DNA of 64,000 bases from Eledone cirrhosa (GCA_964016885.1 OZ024752.1:5890001-5954000), one strand, 5' to 3'. Positions 1 through 13,249 are shown, counted from the first letter of the stretch. The notes: generated by a model not told the origin, from the sequence alone. Program-made: numbers and translations.

Positions 1-930
1 GACACCAGAAGGTTCCGACAAAAGATCTGAAGAAGGTAAAAGAGAGCGAAGACAGGACATTAAAATGGTGAAATACTTAGGTTGGTAGAATGGTAGAATG
101 GTAGAATAAAGAACTAAGAACTAGTTAGTAGTACTCACTAACATCAGCACCCATTTCTGTAGATTTCCCGACAATGACAGGTGCAATAGTCGGGTCGAAA
201 AAGAAACAGACTTCCAAACAACTTTCTACATTGAGTCAGATTAGGACAGAAGATAGCAAAGTTTATAAATAATCCTCTGTAATGGTTGTTGATATGTCCA
301 CAGCAGTGTTGGCAGCGCAGTGGTATGTTAACCAGGTTTGAGAGAGACAGCATTGGCAGACATATCAAGAAGAAAGTTGAAATTGGTAGAATTGAAGAAG
401 AAGAAGCCTAGGTAGGAGCATAACAAGAAACTGACTGACTGATGTGCAGCCCTGGGGGGAGGGGGGATAGCAGTGGTGGAGCAGCAGCAGGAAATGAAAG
501 AGAGGAGGAGTGGTGGTAGTGATGATGGGAGGAATATGGTAGGTGAAAGATATGGTAGGTGAAAGAGACAGGGAGCAGATAGCGGTGGTGGCAGGGAGAA
601 GAGAGAGAGAGAGAGTGGTGGTGGTGACAGGTACAGAGGGGAGAGAGAGAACAGTAGTGAGATGGTGGCAGGAATTATAGTCTGTGAATGAGAGGAGGAG
701 AGAGAGTAGATGGAAGATTATAAAGTTCTTCAGCTCAGCAATGTTGGCCACGGTTGTAATCTCTGTATTATTCATAGTTTTATTTCTATTGTTTATGTTA
801 AATGTATTGTTATCCAAGTTAAGCTCTTCTCCTGCTGGGATGGGTTGGGGTATTTACTGTTTTATTTTAGAACTAGTCTTTAAAAAAAACTACCAAGACT
901 GGGGGTACAATATTATTGTCAAGGATCTTT

Positions 931-1139
931 GATTGGCAGAATCGGTAGAGCGTCAGACAACATGCTTTCCAGCACAGAGTTTATGGCTCTTTACGTTTTG
1001 AGTTCAAATCTCGCCGAGGTTAGCTTTGCCTTTCATCCTTACGGGGTCAATAAAATAAAGTACCTGTCACGCACTGGGGTCGATTTAATCAACTTTCCCC
1101 TCGCCCAAAATTGTTGGCCTTGTGCCTAAATTAGAAACC
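931..1139 (+). mobile_element. tRNA-derived SINE family A (Meta/MESC-like central domain) with 19-bp TSD
   Basis: B-box GAGTTCAAATC; core CTTTGCCTTTCATCCTTACGGGGTC.ATAAAATAAAGTACC; TSD ATTATTGTCAAGGATCTTT at 912-930 and 1140-1158. Confidence 0.88.
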
Positions 1140-1699
1140 ATTATTGTCAAGGATCTTTTACTTATTCTTGGGAGGGTCAAAGGACCAGAGACCTCAAACA
1201 CACCTTCCAGCAGGTCCTGTCAGAAGCAACCATCTCCAACTGATCTAGCTGGATCCCCAAGCGAGGCCAGCCAAGCTCTTGGGTCTCCAGCTGGTTGGTT
1301 GTGTTTCTAAAGTCCTTCCAGTGATATTTTACCTGAGACATTCTAACCACTTTCCATATTTCCACAGCTCTGTTATGTGGCAAAAATGTTTTGTGACTTA
1401 TTGATTGCAGGAAATTGTTATATATTTAATTTAATTATATAAGATCAACTTTGCCTTTCGAGGTCGATAAAGAAAAGTACCAGTCACATACTGGGGTACA
1501 TTCTTCTTCTGTTTCTCATTCTCACTTCCATTCTCTCACTCTCTCTATCCTTCTCTAGAAGAAATCTGTTCTATTTAGACCTGGAGAGGGCTCCGACAGG
1601 TTTAAAAATGCCCAAGAAGTGCCATATGCCACTACAGCACCCCAAAGATTCCCTTGGGGGTTACAGGTGCAGGCATGCATAGATAGACGTGCTCCACCA

Positions 1700-1970
1700 C
1701 GCACTTTTCTAAAAGAAGTATATCATACACAAAACGCCAGCATCAACAATTTTTCAAGAGATGGCAACATGAATGGATCTGTTATTTATCTCTAAAACAT
1801 TTTTTCTGATTCCACCCTGCCCGTCCCCTCAATCTTTCTAATTTCCCATTTTTCTTCTAATGAAGGACTCGCACCCAAAACATTAAGAATCTCTTCCTGC
1901 TAATTCAATTGTTAAATTATTTCTTCCATATACTGCACCGTTTGTTTTGTTATTTCTGTTTACCTTTTAC
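1700..1970 (+). mobile_element. Older copy of the same Penelope-like remnant, with a decayed hammerhead
   Basis: Homologous to 33255-33530; CTAATGAAGGACTCGCACCCAAAACATTAAGA at about 1857-1888 is an eroded version of the 33431 motif. Confidence 0.45.
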
Positions 1971-2430
1971 ACATATATGTATCACACACACACACACTCA
2001 CACACATATATATATATCACACACACACACATATATATATATAGAGAGAGAGAGTGATAAAGTGAGACAGATGAAGAAGCAGCCCCCAGTATTTGACTGC
2101 TATTTCATTTACTGTCCTCGAAAGTATGAAAGGTAAAGTTGACCTCACCGAGATTTGAAATCAGTGTGCAGTGAGCCAGAACAAATAGCAAGGCTGATGC
2201 TCTACCAATTCTGCTGATTTTCTGCCTTATCTAAGCATTAGTTAATCTAAGCATATTCTATAACATATAATTCAGAGATTTAGCAAGGAGAGAAGTTACA
2301 TAAGAGAAGTAAAGACTTATTACACTTGATTAGAACAGTTTAGGTTTCAACTGGAGTAATACATAGGACAGACATATTTACATCTCTCTCTCTCCACACG
2401 TATATAACCATCATCCTCATTGTCATTATA

Positions 2431-2463
<33 letters not shown>

Positions 2464-2492
2464 ATATGCAGAGGCATAACTAGGGAAAAAAC

Positions 2493-2592
<100 letters not shown>

Positions 2593-2689
2593 AGTTTTAG
2601 TCCTGTAGAAGCTATTTCGATATTAAATTTTTTGGAGGGTGATTATTCAAGACCTGAAAGTATATATAAATATTTATATATATATATAT

Positions 2690-2808
2690 ATATTTATCAA
2701 AATAACAGAGTCAAGTTTAAGCAAAGAATCGCTGCTTTCAGAAGATCCCGTTAAGGGTGAAAGCAGTGATTCTTTGCTTAAACTTTAATCTGTTATTTTG
2801 ATAAATAT
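2690..2808. repeat. Inverted repeat (about 51-bp arms, 17-nt loop)
   Basis: ATATTTATCAAAATAACAGA...GCTTTCA / TGAAAGC...TCTGTTATTTTGATAAATAT. Confidence 0.9.
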
Positions 2809-2910
2809 TTTCTCTAGGGTTCTTATATATTTGATATATATTTATCCTTAGCAAGCCCTTTTTGGATTTTAGTCTTCAAATTTATTATTATCACTATATA
2901 TATATATATT

Positions 2911-2941
<31 letters not shown>

Positions 2942-3023
2942 AAGGTATATATTGAGTTAGAAACTCAAAATAGTCTCTTACAATTAAATAGCTCAAAGAA
3001 AGAGGTTTTTCTGAGCCGTGTAA

Positions 3024-3190
3024 TATAATTGAATATAAAAGAGATAAACACAGATATAAACATATATGTGTTTAAATCTTAAGGGACCAGATTCGCTAGG
3101 GTGAAAAAAATACTAACTATGAACAATAGCCCCTTACGATTTGAACACATATGTTTATATCTGTGTTTATCTCTTTTATAGTCAATTATA
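3024..3190. repeat. Inverted repeat (about 60-bp arms, about 45-nt spacer)
   Basis: TATAAAAGAGATAAACACAGATATAAACATAT...AAGGG / CCCTT...ATATGTTTATATCTGTGTTTATCTCTTTTATA. Confidence 0.88.
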
Positions 3191-3815
3191 TATATATATA
3201 TATATGAAACAATTAACAAGATTGCAGACCTCATTCCATTACAGAATGGAAACAATGTTTCCATTGGTCTCTCCAATTGCTGATACTATCTACTGGTCCC
3301 AACTTATATGGAATAAAGTGTCTTGCTCAAGGACATATCACATCATTTGGTCTGGGAATCGATCTCACAACCTCACAATTACAAATCCAATTCTCTAATC
3401 ACTAAGCCTTCACAATTGTATATACACATATCTAAATATACATACATATATATATATATACATACACATAAATATACATCATTTCACTTGACACTTGCTC
3501 CCTCTTGAATATTTACACCTCCCACTGGAATTCAACTAGCAGCTGTTTAACCCTTTAGCATTTAAACCAGCCATATCCAGCCAGAATTCTTTCACCTCTT
3601 TCTGTTCAAACTGGCCGTAACCAGCCACTCATACTGATGTTAAGGTATTGCTCTCAAAATAAATAATATTCAAATCTCATAGATTCAATATTATGTGAGA
3701 TATTATGTGAGGTAAAGCCTTTACTGTGAAAATACAATAGTATATATAGAGTAATGTAAATGTTATGTGAGATATTATGTGAGGTAAAGCCTTTATTGTG
3801 AAAATACAATAGTAT

Positions 3816-5437
3816 CATCATCATCATCAACGTTTAACGTCCGTGTTCCACGCTTGCATGGGTTTGGACGGGGGTATTCCCACTTGAGGCAAGAGTGATT
3901 GTCTTGCTCGCATAGGACTGTCTGGCAGGTTTTCTACAGTTGGATGCCCTTCCTAACACCAACCACATTTACAGTGTGGGACTGGGAGGTTTTTACCGTG
4001 TTGCCTACACGGCCACATTACAGCGTGGACTGTGTGTTTTTTTGTCGTGACACCTACACGATCTCATTTGTTTCGGCCTGGATGTTGTGGCACCAACATA
4101 ACTTTACATAGGAGGGGTGGTGTGGATGGGGTGTGGGTGGTGGGACGGGGTGTATTTTGTTAGAGATGCCTACTGACTGTAGTAGGTTTTACTATGTATT
4201 TATGTAAGGCGGGTCTTCTCTATTACTGAGTACCGCCAAAGGTCTTGGTCCAGTGACATTGTCTTGGTGAGGTGTAAGTGTGTGAAGCTGGAGTTTATCA
4301 GCTCATCCCAGGTTTTTCTGGGTCTGCCTATTCCGTGGCTACCGTCTATCTTTATTGCCCTGCACTTTGTTATACAGCTATCGTCTTTCATGCGCATCAC
4401 GTGACCATACCAACGTAGCCTTCTCTCGAGTAGACAACATCTGATCCCTCTTATTTCTAATTTTTTCCTTAGTTCGTTTATGCTTTGTCGTTCACGTATA
4501 TTACTATTACACATCCAGCGGAGCATGCAAGCTTCGTTTCTCTCTAGTCTGCGTATATCTTCTGCACACAATGCCCAGGTCTCACTGCCATGCAACATTG
4601 CTGTTCGTATGCAGGCATCGTACAACCTGCCTTTCATTTTTAGGGAGAACCCTTTAGCGGCTAATAGTGGTATAAGCTCTCTGAACTTTTTCCACCCAGT
4701 TCTGACACTAGCTACTGTACTTTCAGAGCACCCTCCCCCACTGCTGATTTTGTCACCCAGGTAACGGAAGCTGTCCACTATTTCTATAGAACCCTCTGCG
4801 CAGCTGAAAGAGCTAGTATTTTGTGGGCACTTGCTGCTACTTATTGCGCCGGAACACCGGCCACATGCAAAATCTATGTTCTTAGTTAGCTTACCTGTGA
4901 TACCACTACATCTTTTATGCACCCAAACTTTGCATTTGGGACACAAAATGGAGTTTCTACCTACGCCTTTCCTACACTCTGCGCATGGCCACTTCCCGGA
5001 GGTAACCGCCGCCTTATTTTCTTTCTTACAAACTAGAACTTTAGTCTTAGCCAGGTTAATTTTAAGGCCTTTTGATTCTAGGCCGTGCTTCCATGTTTGG
5101 AATTTCTTCTCTAGCTCGGCCATTGATTCAGCTATGAGCGTTAGATCATCTGCGTATAGGAGTTCCCATGGGCAGCCGGTCTTGAACTCCACTGTTATAG
5201 CCTGGAGGGCAATAATAAATAGTAGGGGGCTAAGAACAGATCCCTGATGAACACCAACTTTTACACTAAACTCTTCACTATATTCGTTGTTAATTCTAAC
5301 CTTGCTGACTGTTTCTTTATACATGGCTTGTATAGCTCTCACAAGCCATTCATCAACACCTAGTTTTCTAAGAGCCCACCAGATAATGGAACGGGGTCTC
5401 TGTCGAAGGCCTTCTCCAAGTCGATGAAAGCTAAGTA
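3816..5437 (-). mobile_element. 5'-truncated RTE-clade LINE (RT, PHD-like Cys/His finger, 3' UTR, (GAT)n tail)
   Basis: Motifs AFIDLEKAFDR, GVHQGSVLSPLLF, YADD and RRLRWYGHV.R...GRPRKTW; stop at about 4200; one frameshift near 5395; tail seen as CATCATCAT on the plus strand at 3816. Confidence 0.93.
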
Positions 5438-6310
5438 TATATAGAGTAATGTAAATGTTATGTGAGATATTATGTGAGGTAAAGCCTTTACTGTGAAAAT
5501 ACAATAGTATATATAGAGTAATGTAAATGTTATGTGAGATATTATGTGAGGTAAAGCCTTTACTGTGAAAATACAATAGTATATATAGAGTAATGTAAAT
5601 GTTATGTGAGATATTATGTGAGGTAAAGCCTTTACCATGAAAATACAATAGTATATATAGAGTAATGTAAATGTTATGTGAGATTTATGTGAGGTAAAGC
5701 CTTTACTGTGAAAATACAATAGTATATAGAGAGTAATGTAAATGTTATGTGAGATATTATGTGAGGTAAAGCCTTTACCATGAAAATACAATAGTATATA
5801 TAGAGTAATGTAAATGTTATGTGAGATATTATGTGAGGTAAAGCCTTTACTGTGAAAATACAATAGTATATATAGAGTAATGTAAATGTTATGTGAGATA
5901 TTATGTGAGGTAAAGTCTTTACTGTGAAAATACAATAGTATATATAGAGTAATGTAAATGTTATGTGAGATATTATGTGAGGTAAAGCCTTTACTGTGAA
6001 AATACAATAGTATATATAGAGTAATGTAAATGTTATGTGAGATATTATGTGAGGTAAAGCCTTTACTGTGAAAATACAATAGTATATATAGAGTAATGCA
6101 AATGTTATGTGAGATATTATGAGGTAAAGCCTTTACTGTGAAAATACAATAGTATATATAGAGTAATGTAAATATGTGAGATATTATGTGAGGTAAAGCC
6201 TTTACTGTGAAAATACAATAGTATATATAGAGTAATGTAAATGCTATGTGAGATATTATGTGAGGTAAAGCCTTTACTGTGAAAATACGACAGTATATAT
6301 AGAGTAATGT
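5434..6310. repeat. 72-bp minisatellite (about 12 copies, plus about 1.7 at 3690-3815)
   Basis: Unit GAGTAATGTAAATGTTATGTGAGATATTATGTGAGGTAAAGCCTTTACTGTGAAAATACAATAGTATATATA. Confidence 0.95.
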
Positions 6311-7614
6311 GGATGGTAAAAGGTTAAGGTCAAAACGTGGCTCTAGGAATTGAACTCACAACTTTATGATCGTGAGATTAACACCCTAACCCCTGAGCTC
6401 TCCTCTCCGACGTTTCTGTGTGTATGGGGGGGAGGGGTACATATTAGAAACAGGTGTATGTAGGATCCATTATTAATATGATAATTCATGCTGAAACACA
6501 CATGCATTCATTCACAGATAGACACTCACACATAAATATATAAGCATACACATACAGACACACACACAGACACATGCAGACAAACGCCCACACACACACA
6601 CGTGCAGACAGACACATACACACACACGTGCAGACAGACACACACACACAGTGCTGTTGTAGGAAAAGCTGTTATCAAGATCTATTTATAGAGAATATTA
6701 ACAGTCAGTTCATACACACACACACACACACATATATAGATACACACACACACACATACATATAGATATACACACACACACTTGTATACACCAACAGACA
6801 CACGCACATGTACACACCAACAGACTGACAGACACACACATGTACACACCAACAGACAAAGACACACACACACTGCTAGTGTGTATGCATGGTAATATTT
6901 ATACAAAACACTTGGTTCCTTGCCAATATCTGAAACCTAATCTTTCACAGAAGTAAAAAAAAAAATGGTGTTTGTTTGCATTTGAATCTCCTTGTTTCAT
7001 TAGTTATTTCATTTTACCATTTTACCATTCTGTATTATTACCACAGCACATAAGACACATCTTGGAGAAACTCCCTTTTGAGGAATTTTTTCAAAGAAGC
7101 ACAAATGAATTCCCAGCAGTCTAATGCTGTTATACACCGAAGCCAGATGAAAACTGCTGACTTTTCTACATACAATTGGTTGTCTTCTGTTATGTAATAT
7201 TATTTTACCTTATGCACCCAGTACACTCACAATTCTTTATTGTCTTCTTTGATGTGGTATTTTACTGTACACACCCAATACACTCTGTAAAGAGGTTGGT
7301 GATATAGGAAGAGTATCAAGCGATAACTTGCCAACAAATGATGACTGTTCAGTTGTGTCAAAGACATAACAACCTCACGATAAAATACATTCAATCAACT
7401 CTACAAAATACATTCAGTAAACTCTACAAAGCTGAGTATATTGGAACAACATGAAATGAAGTGTCTTGCTCAAGAACACAACACATAACCTACTCCAGAA
7501 ATCAAACCCATGACATTATGATCATAAGTCCTACACCATTAGGCCAAAATAGGTCCATACTTTTAATAAAAGTAAAAGAATCGTCAGGTCTGGAATGCTT
7601 TTGAGCATAGTTCT

Positions 7615-8610
7615 GCTGTATCAAGGTTAAACTGTCTAACTTTACTGTACCACGGCTAACTTTACTGTATCAGGGCTAACTTTACTGTATCAGGACTAAC
7701 TTTACTGTATCAGGGTTAACTTTACTGTATCAGGGCTAACTTTACTGTATCAGGGCTAACTTTACTGTATCAGGGTTAACTTTACTGTACCACGGCTAAC
7801 TTTACTGTATCAGGGCTAACTTTACTGTATCAGGGCTAACTTTACTGTATCAGGGCTAACTTTACTGTATCAGGGTTAACTTTACTGTATCAGGGCTAAC
7901 TTTACTGTATCAGGGCTAACTTTACTGTATCAGGGTTAACTTTACTGTACCACGGCTAACTTTACTGTATCAGGGTTAACTTTACTGTATCAGGGCTAAC
8001 TTTACTGTATCAGGGTTAACTTTACTGTATCAGGGCTAACTTTACTGTATCAGGGTTAACTTTACTGTATCAGGGTTAACTTTACTGTATCAGGGTTAAC
8101 TTTACTGTACCACGGCTAACTTTACTGTATCAGGGCTAACTTTACTGTATCAGGGCTAACTTTACTGTATCAGGGCTAACTTTACTGTATCAGGGCTAAC
8201 TTTACTGTATCAGGGCTAACTTTACTGTATCAGGGTTAACTTTACTGTACCACGGCTAACTTTACTGTATCAGGGCTAACTTTACTGTACCACGGCTAAC
8301 TTTACTGTATCAGGGCTAACTTTACTGTATCAGGGCTAACTTTACTGTATCAGGGTTAACTTTACTGTACCACGGCTAACTTTACTGTATCAGGGCTAAC
8401 TTTACTGTATCAGGGCTAACTTTACTGTATCAGGGCTAACTTTACTGTATCAGGGTTAACTTTACTGTACCACGGCTAACTTTACTGTATCAGGGCTAAC
8501 TTTACTGTATCAGGGCTAACTTTACTGTATCAGGGTTAACTTTACTGTATCAGGGTTAAACTGTGTCTAACTTTATTGTGCCAGGGCTAACTTTACTGTA
8601 CCCAGGCTAA
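7615..8610. repeat. 20-bp minisatellite (about 48 copies)
   Basis: Unit ACTTTACTGTATCAGGG(C/T)TA, with a variant ...GTACCACGGCTA. Confidence 0.97.
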
Positions 8611-8640
8611 ACTGTCTAAATTTATTGAAACAGAACTCAC

Positions 8641-8823
8641 CTTGTGCCAGTCTCGTTGGTTTTGTAATGATCACTCCATCGAGAGCACACATCTTAGCTA
8701 CAGGGTAGAAAGTGATGATGTTGTTCTTATTTTCAATGAAGCAATGTTCCCTTTCCACTCCAGTTCCTTGTATGACAATATCTTGGGGTGTGCCAGCATC
8801 AATGGTTCCAATCTTAGTGATTC
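8641..8823 (-). CDS. PHLDB1: PHLDB1/LL5-like protein, next coding exon (FHA domain)
   Basis: ttgcAG acceptor and G|GTGAGT donor; 183 nt (phase 1 to 1), in frame with exon 13250-13370. Translates (G)ITKIGTIDAGTPQDIVIQGTGVEREHCFIENKNNIITFYPVAKMCALDGVIITKPTRLAQ(G), matching the PHLDB1 FHA motifs EHCYIEN...PTRLTQG. Confidence 0.92.
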
Positions 8824-9369
8824 CTGCAACAGAGATCAATAGTCACAATTAAATCCAATCAATATCATTATATATAAAAGGTAAAGACCACAAGGGACCG
8901 TGGAATTTGTATCTAGAAAGTTCCCCAAGGTACAAGTCTGGGCAAGGTTGTGGAAGACCAGCAGTCACCCATGCATACCAGTCTCCCTACTCCACAGTAC
9001 TGATGTTGTCCAAGGGAAAGACAATAGCTGATACAACTTGGTACCAGTGACGTTGCAACTCATTTCTACAGCTGAGTAAACTGGAACAACATTCAAGGAC
9101 ACAGTGCACCACCTGGTCTGGGATTCGAACACACAACCTTACTATTGTGAGCTCACAATCGTGTGTATATATATATATATATACATACACACACACACAC
9201 ACATGAGTTTCAGAAGATCCTGTAGAAGGGTGAAAGAAGCAATTCTTTGCTTAAACTTTAATCTGTACAAATAATAAATATTTGCTCTACGGGTTTTATA
9301 TATATATTTTTTATACATATATTCCTTATCGCAACCTGTTCGGAATTTAGTCTTCATAATTATTATTAC

Positions 9370-9405
<36 letters not shown>

Positions 9406-9406
<1 letters not shown>

Positions 9407-9859
9407 GGTGGCTGCCAACTCGTTTTCGAGTACGGCCACTACTTTATATCCATGTAAGAGAACCCCTACCGATGCGCTGAACGAGTGTGACTTTTAGTCC
9501 AGCCAGCGACTTGAAAACTCTGGTACAAACACTACACCTGTGACAATTATTGACACATAGTGCTGGTCCCATGGTACCATGTGACGACAAGTACAGAGAG
9601 ATCTCCAGATATAAAGCAATGCCTGTGCCGTGAAGCTTTTATAGTGAGCAAAGGCACTGCACAAAGCCAGTCCCACTCTCTTAACCAAGATGATATTTAC
9701 CAAAAAGAAGAACAAGTCAACATCATTGGATACCATCAGGGTTGCAGGTGTTATATCAGAGTTTTCCTTCTCCTAGAATTCTGCCTTGACAAAGGCTAAG
9801 GGGTCATCTCTCCCGGTGATTTTGGATGGCCATTGACTCTTAAGAGCTCCTTTGCCCTT

Positions 9860-9861
<2 letters not shown>
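9406..9861 (-). mobile_element. Truncated copy of the 14261-14867 element
   Basis: Shares the end TGGTGGCTGCCAACTCG and is truncated at the other end; lies in (TA)n. Confidence 0.75.
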
Positions 9862-9946
<85 letters not shown>

Positions 9947-10119
9947 AAATATTGATTGACATATATATACACATATATATCGAATGACATACATATATAA
10001 AATAACATTAAAATTTAACAAAAAAATTCAAATATTGATGCAAAAATTATTTATATTTCTTTGTACATATTCTCCTATTGCTCTTGAAATATGTTTCACC
10101 AATATTTAGTGCAGTTCAA

Positions 10120-10355
10120 TAGTCAATCAAAGAGGACCAGGATGGGCGTATGTTAGTCGATCCCGAGCAGATGTGTGCAGCCTTACAACACCACTTCACT
10201 CAACTATTCGGGAACAGTGGTGGTGGACTTTAGTCCCTACTTTGACAGCTTGCCATGGCTCTCGGCAACAGAGTGCTGTGAAAGGCCGATAACTGCCGCT
10301 GAGATACGGGAGACAATGACTGAGGTAAATCGCCTGGTGTGGATGGCCTTTTTTC
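10120..10355 (+). mobile_element. L1/Tx1-type LINE fragment
   Basis: CERPITAAEIRETM followed by a frameshifted KSPGVDGL (the KSPGxDG motif that precedes RT). Confidence 0.55.
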
Positions 10356-10789
10356 TACTTCTATGTACAAAATTGCTGCAGTTGAGTGGGAAAGAGATAA
10401 AGTCCATCTATGTTGTCATATTTCTATGACACCTTTCACACCTGAGAACTATAGATCGGCTACTGAGAAGTTTCATTTGATTATATACAAATATCGATGT
10501 CTACTTAAAAGGAAAGAATGCATAGTTTAGATTGGGAAAATAAATGTAATTGTTAAGAAGAGAGAGATACTTTGTCAGGAATGTTTGACTGTGGTTGCAA
10601 TGATGACGAGAAAAGGGGGGGAGGTGTAAGTTTCATATTCTTTATGATACAAATACGTCGTGATTTTTTATGTAAAAAACATTTGCAAGATTTGTTTAAT
10701 AAGCTCAAATTGCTTATTATAGGAAAATTAAATATGAAATTAATCTTTAAATTCTGAGCAGGAATCGAAAAGTTTTATTTTTTAAATAA

Positions 10790-10972
10790 CTGTTTCTACT
10801 TTTGGCACAAGGCCAGCAATTACCCAGTGCATTACTGGTACTTTATTTTATCGACCCCGTAAGGATGAAAGGCAAAGTTAACCTCGGCGGGATTTGAACT
10901 CAGATCATAAAGGGGCGTAACTCTATGCGTCAAAGCATGGCGTCCGACCTTCTACCGACACTGCCAATCCAC
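10790..10972 (-). mobile_element. SINE family A
   Basis: Reverse complement of the same head, core and tail. Confidence 0.85.
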
Positions 10973-11514
10973 CAAACGAAACCTAGTTCTAAATTTAAAT
11001 GTAAATTGACTAAATTCATGGGAGGTAACTCTGACCAATAATTTCACTTTAAGTATAACTTAGTTATTTCCCTTGTTCGTGCTTGCACGCTTAACTGTGA
11101 AAACGGATGATGCGTTTGTTTTTCCTGATTAATTTTCAGACTGTTCAATCAACAGAACTACAAATTATATTTTAGTAAAACGTAACTAAGTATTCCTGAA
11201 GCACTGGCACCTTCCATTTAATCGCCATGCTTATAAAATACAAACTAATATCTTCGTAAATCTCTATCAAACCATATTTGGTTCTACAATACAAAGGCTG
11301 TATTTTAAAGTGTTTATATTTATTTTTAAATGTCCATCTTAATTTGATGTAAAAATTTTGGTTAAGTTATGTCCCACATACTAGCTTGACAGTGAGAAGA
11401 TTAGTTATATTACAAAATCCCTCCACATTCTTTCATTAGAAATATGGTAACAAAAGTGATAAAGTAGCGACTGAGTGTCTGTTGAGAAAGTCCAAAGTTT
11501 CCATTTTAAAATAG

Positions 11515-11670
11515 AGGCAACAAAATTGGCAGAGTCGTTAGAACGTCGAATAGAATGCTTTGTGGTATTTGTCCCAGCTCTCAGAGTTCAAATCCGGCCG
11601 TGGTCAACTTTGCCTTTTATTGTTTTGAGGTCGATAAAACAAAAAGTACCAGTTTAGTACTGGGGTCGAT
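11515..11670 (+). mobile_element. SINE family A (diverged)
   Basis: GAGTTCAAATC plus CTTTGCCTTT...GGTCGATAAAAC...AGTACCAG. Confidence 0.75.
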
Positions 11671-12055
11671 TCTTCCTCTATATCTTTTTCTCACTTCCAT
11701 TTACTTTCCATTCTTCTCTGGAAGAAATCTGCTGTGTTCAGACCTGGAGAGGGATGGGCTCCACCAGGCTTTAAAATACCCTAAGAAACGCTACTACAGC
11801 GATCCTTCAACCCCATCAGGAATTAGGGGATCATAAAATAAAGTATCAATCAAGTACTGGAGTCGATATTAACAGCTGTTCCCCTTCACCAATTCCTATA
11901 TTAGAGATTATATTGCATTCAATGGCGTGAGGAGTAGCATTTGCAAAGTTTAACCCTTTCATTTCCATATTATTTTAACCCTTTCTTTACCATATAATTT
12001 TAGCCCTTTCAGTTACCATGTTATTTTAACCCTTTCTTTACCATATTATTTTAAC

Positions 12056-12155
12056 CCGAGGTTGACTTTGCCTTTCATCCTTACGGGGTCGATAAAATAA
12101 AGTACCAGTAATGTACTGGGTAATTGCTGGCCGTGTGCCTAAAGTAGAAACAATT
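12056..12155 (+). mobile_element. 5'-truncated SINE family A inside a MITE-terminus tandem repeat
   Basis: Core and tail only, flanked on both sides by ATTATTTTAACCC. Confidence 0.8.
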
Positions 12156-12561
12156 ATTTTAACCCTTTCAGTTACCATGTTATTTTAACCCTTTCATTGC
12201 CATATTATCTTAACCCTTTCATTACCAGATTATTTTAACCTTTTCATTAGCATATTTTTAATAAAAGACATTACCTATTATTTTCAAACTACTTTGAAAA
12301 TAATCAAGAATTTTTGTAGGCTGGTAGTAAAATAACTTTCTCCTCCTTAAGCCAAAGTTTGGAATATAATAACAAAAGAAATTTACTTTTAGATAAATAC
12401 TAGTAGTGTATCCCAGCTGTAGAATCAGGGGTGTTTTGATGTTGAAAGGGTGGAAATGATTTGGTGGAAATATTTTTACAGGAGAATATTATTCCTATGA
12501 CATCAGAGTGGTATATGTTAATCTACCAAATAGACTGAGCAGGTAGAATTGTGTGTGATTT

Positions 12562-13070
12562 AACCACTCTCCAGTGAAGGTGTCTGGCTTGACTACTGTC
12601 CAGTGAAGGTGTCTGGCTTAACAACTGTCCAGTGAAGATGTCTGGCTTCGCCACTGTTCAGAGAAGGTGTCTGGCTTGACCACTGTCCAGTGAAGGTGTC
12701 TGGCTTGACCACTGACCAGTGAAGGTGTCTGGCTTAACCACTGTCCAGTGAAGGTGTCTGGCTTAACAACTGTCCAGTGAAGGTGTCTGGCTTAACCACT
12801 GTCCAGTGAAGGTGTCTGGCTTAACAACTGTCCAGTGAAGGTGTCTGGCTTAACAACTGTCCAGTGAAGGTGTCTGGCTTAACAACTGTCCAGTGAAGGT
12901 GTCTGGCTTAACCACTGTCCAGTGAAGGTGTCTGGCTTAACAACTGTCCAGTAAAGGTGTCTGGTTTAACCACTGACCAGTGAAGATGTCTGGTTTAACC
13001 AGTGTCCAGTGAAGATATCTGGTTTAACAACTGTCCAGTGAAGGTGTCTGGCTTGACCACTGTGCAGTAA
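12562..13070. repeat. 29-bp minisatellite (about 17 copies)
   Basis: Unit AACCACTGTCCAGTGAAGGTGTCTGGCTT. Confidence 0.95.
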
Positions 13071-13249
13071 AGGCACAGCCTAGTGTTTGTGGCTGTAAGC
13101 TATAGCTTCTGGAGAAGTCCAGCACTGACTGTAGTATAGTTTCACTAAGAGACCTCAATGACACTTCAACTCAGAAAACAGTGAATTAAGGAGATTTACA
13201 AGACAGCAAAAATAAGTGAGACATGTAATGTAGTTTTCTAATGACTTAC

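Larger units (their letters stand above)
3547..6327. mobile_element. TTAA-flanked MITE family 1 (piggyBac-like ends), inflated by a 72-bp array and an RTE insertion
   Basis: Ends TTAACCCTTTAGCAT...ATGGTAAAAGGTTAA; body homologous, in inverted orientation, to 42817-43248 and 29558-29703. Confidence 0.8.

Noticed and set aside
144-890. Short ORFs at the window start
   Set aside because: No recognisable domain; purine-rich low-complexity sequence, possibly an old retroelement remnant that cannot be classified.
4200-6079. 482-aa and 239-aa ORFs as intact genes with a repeat N-terminus
   Set aside because: Chance fusion of the 72-bp satellite frame with a truncated, frameshifted LINE.
7047-7197. 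Exon-like unique stretch after ccacAG
   Set aside because: Short frames end in stops, with no recognisable homology; it does not encode the expected next PHLDB exon (FRFNHP).
10442-10476. Possible alternative first exon ATGAAACTT...CTCAG|GT (minus strand)
   Set aside because: Phase 2 is incompatible with the phase-1 exon at 8823, and the donor is weak.
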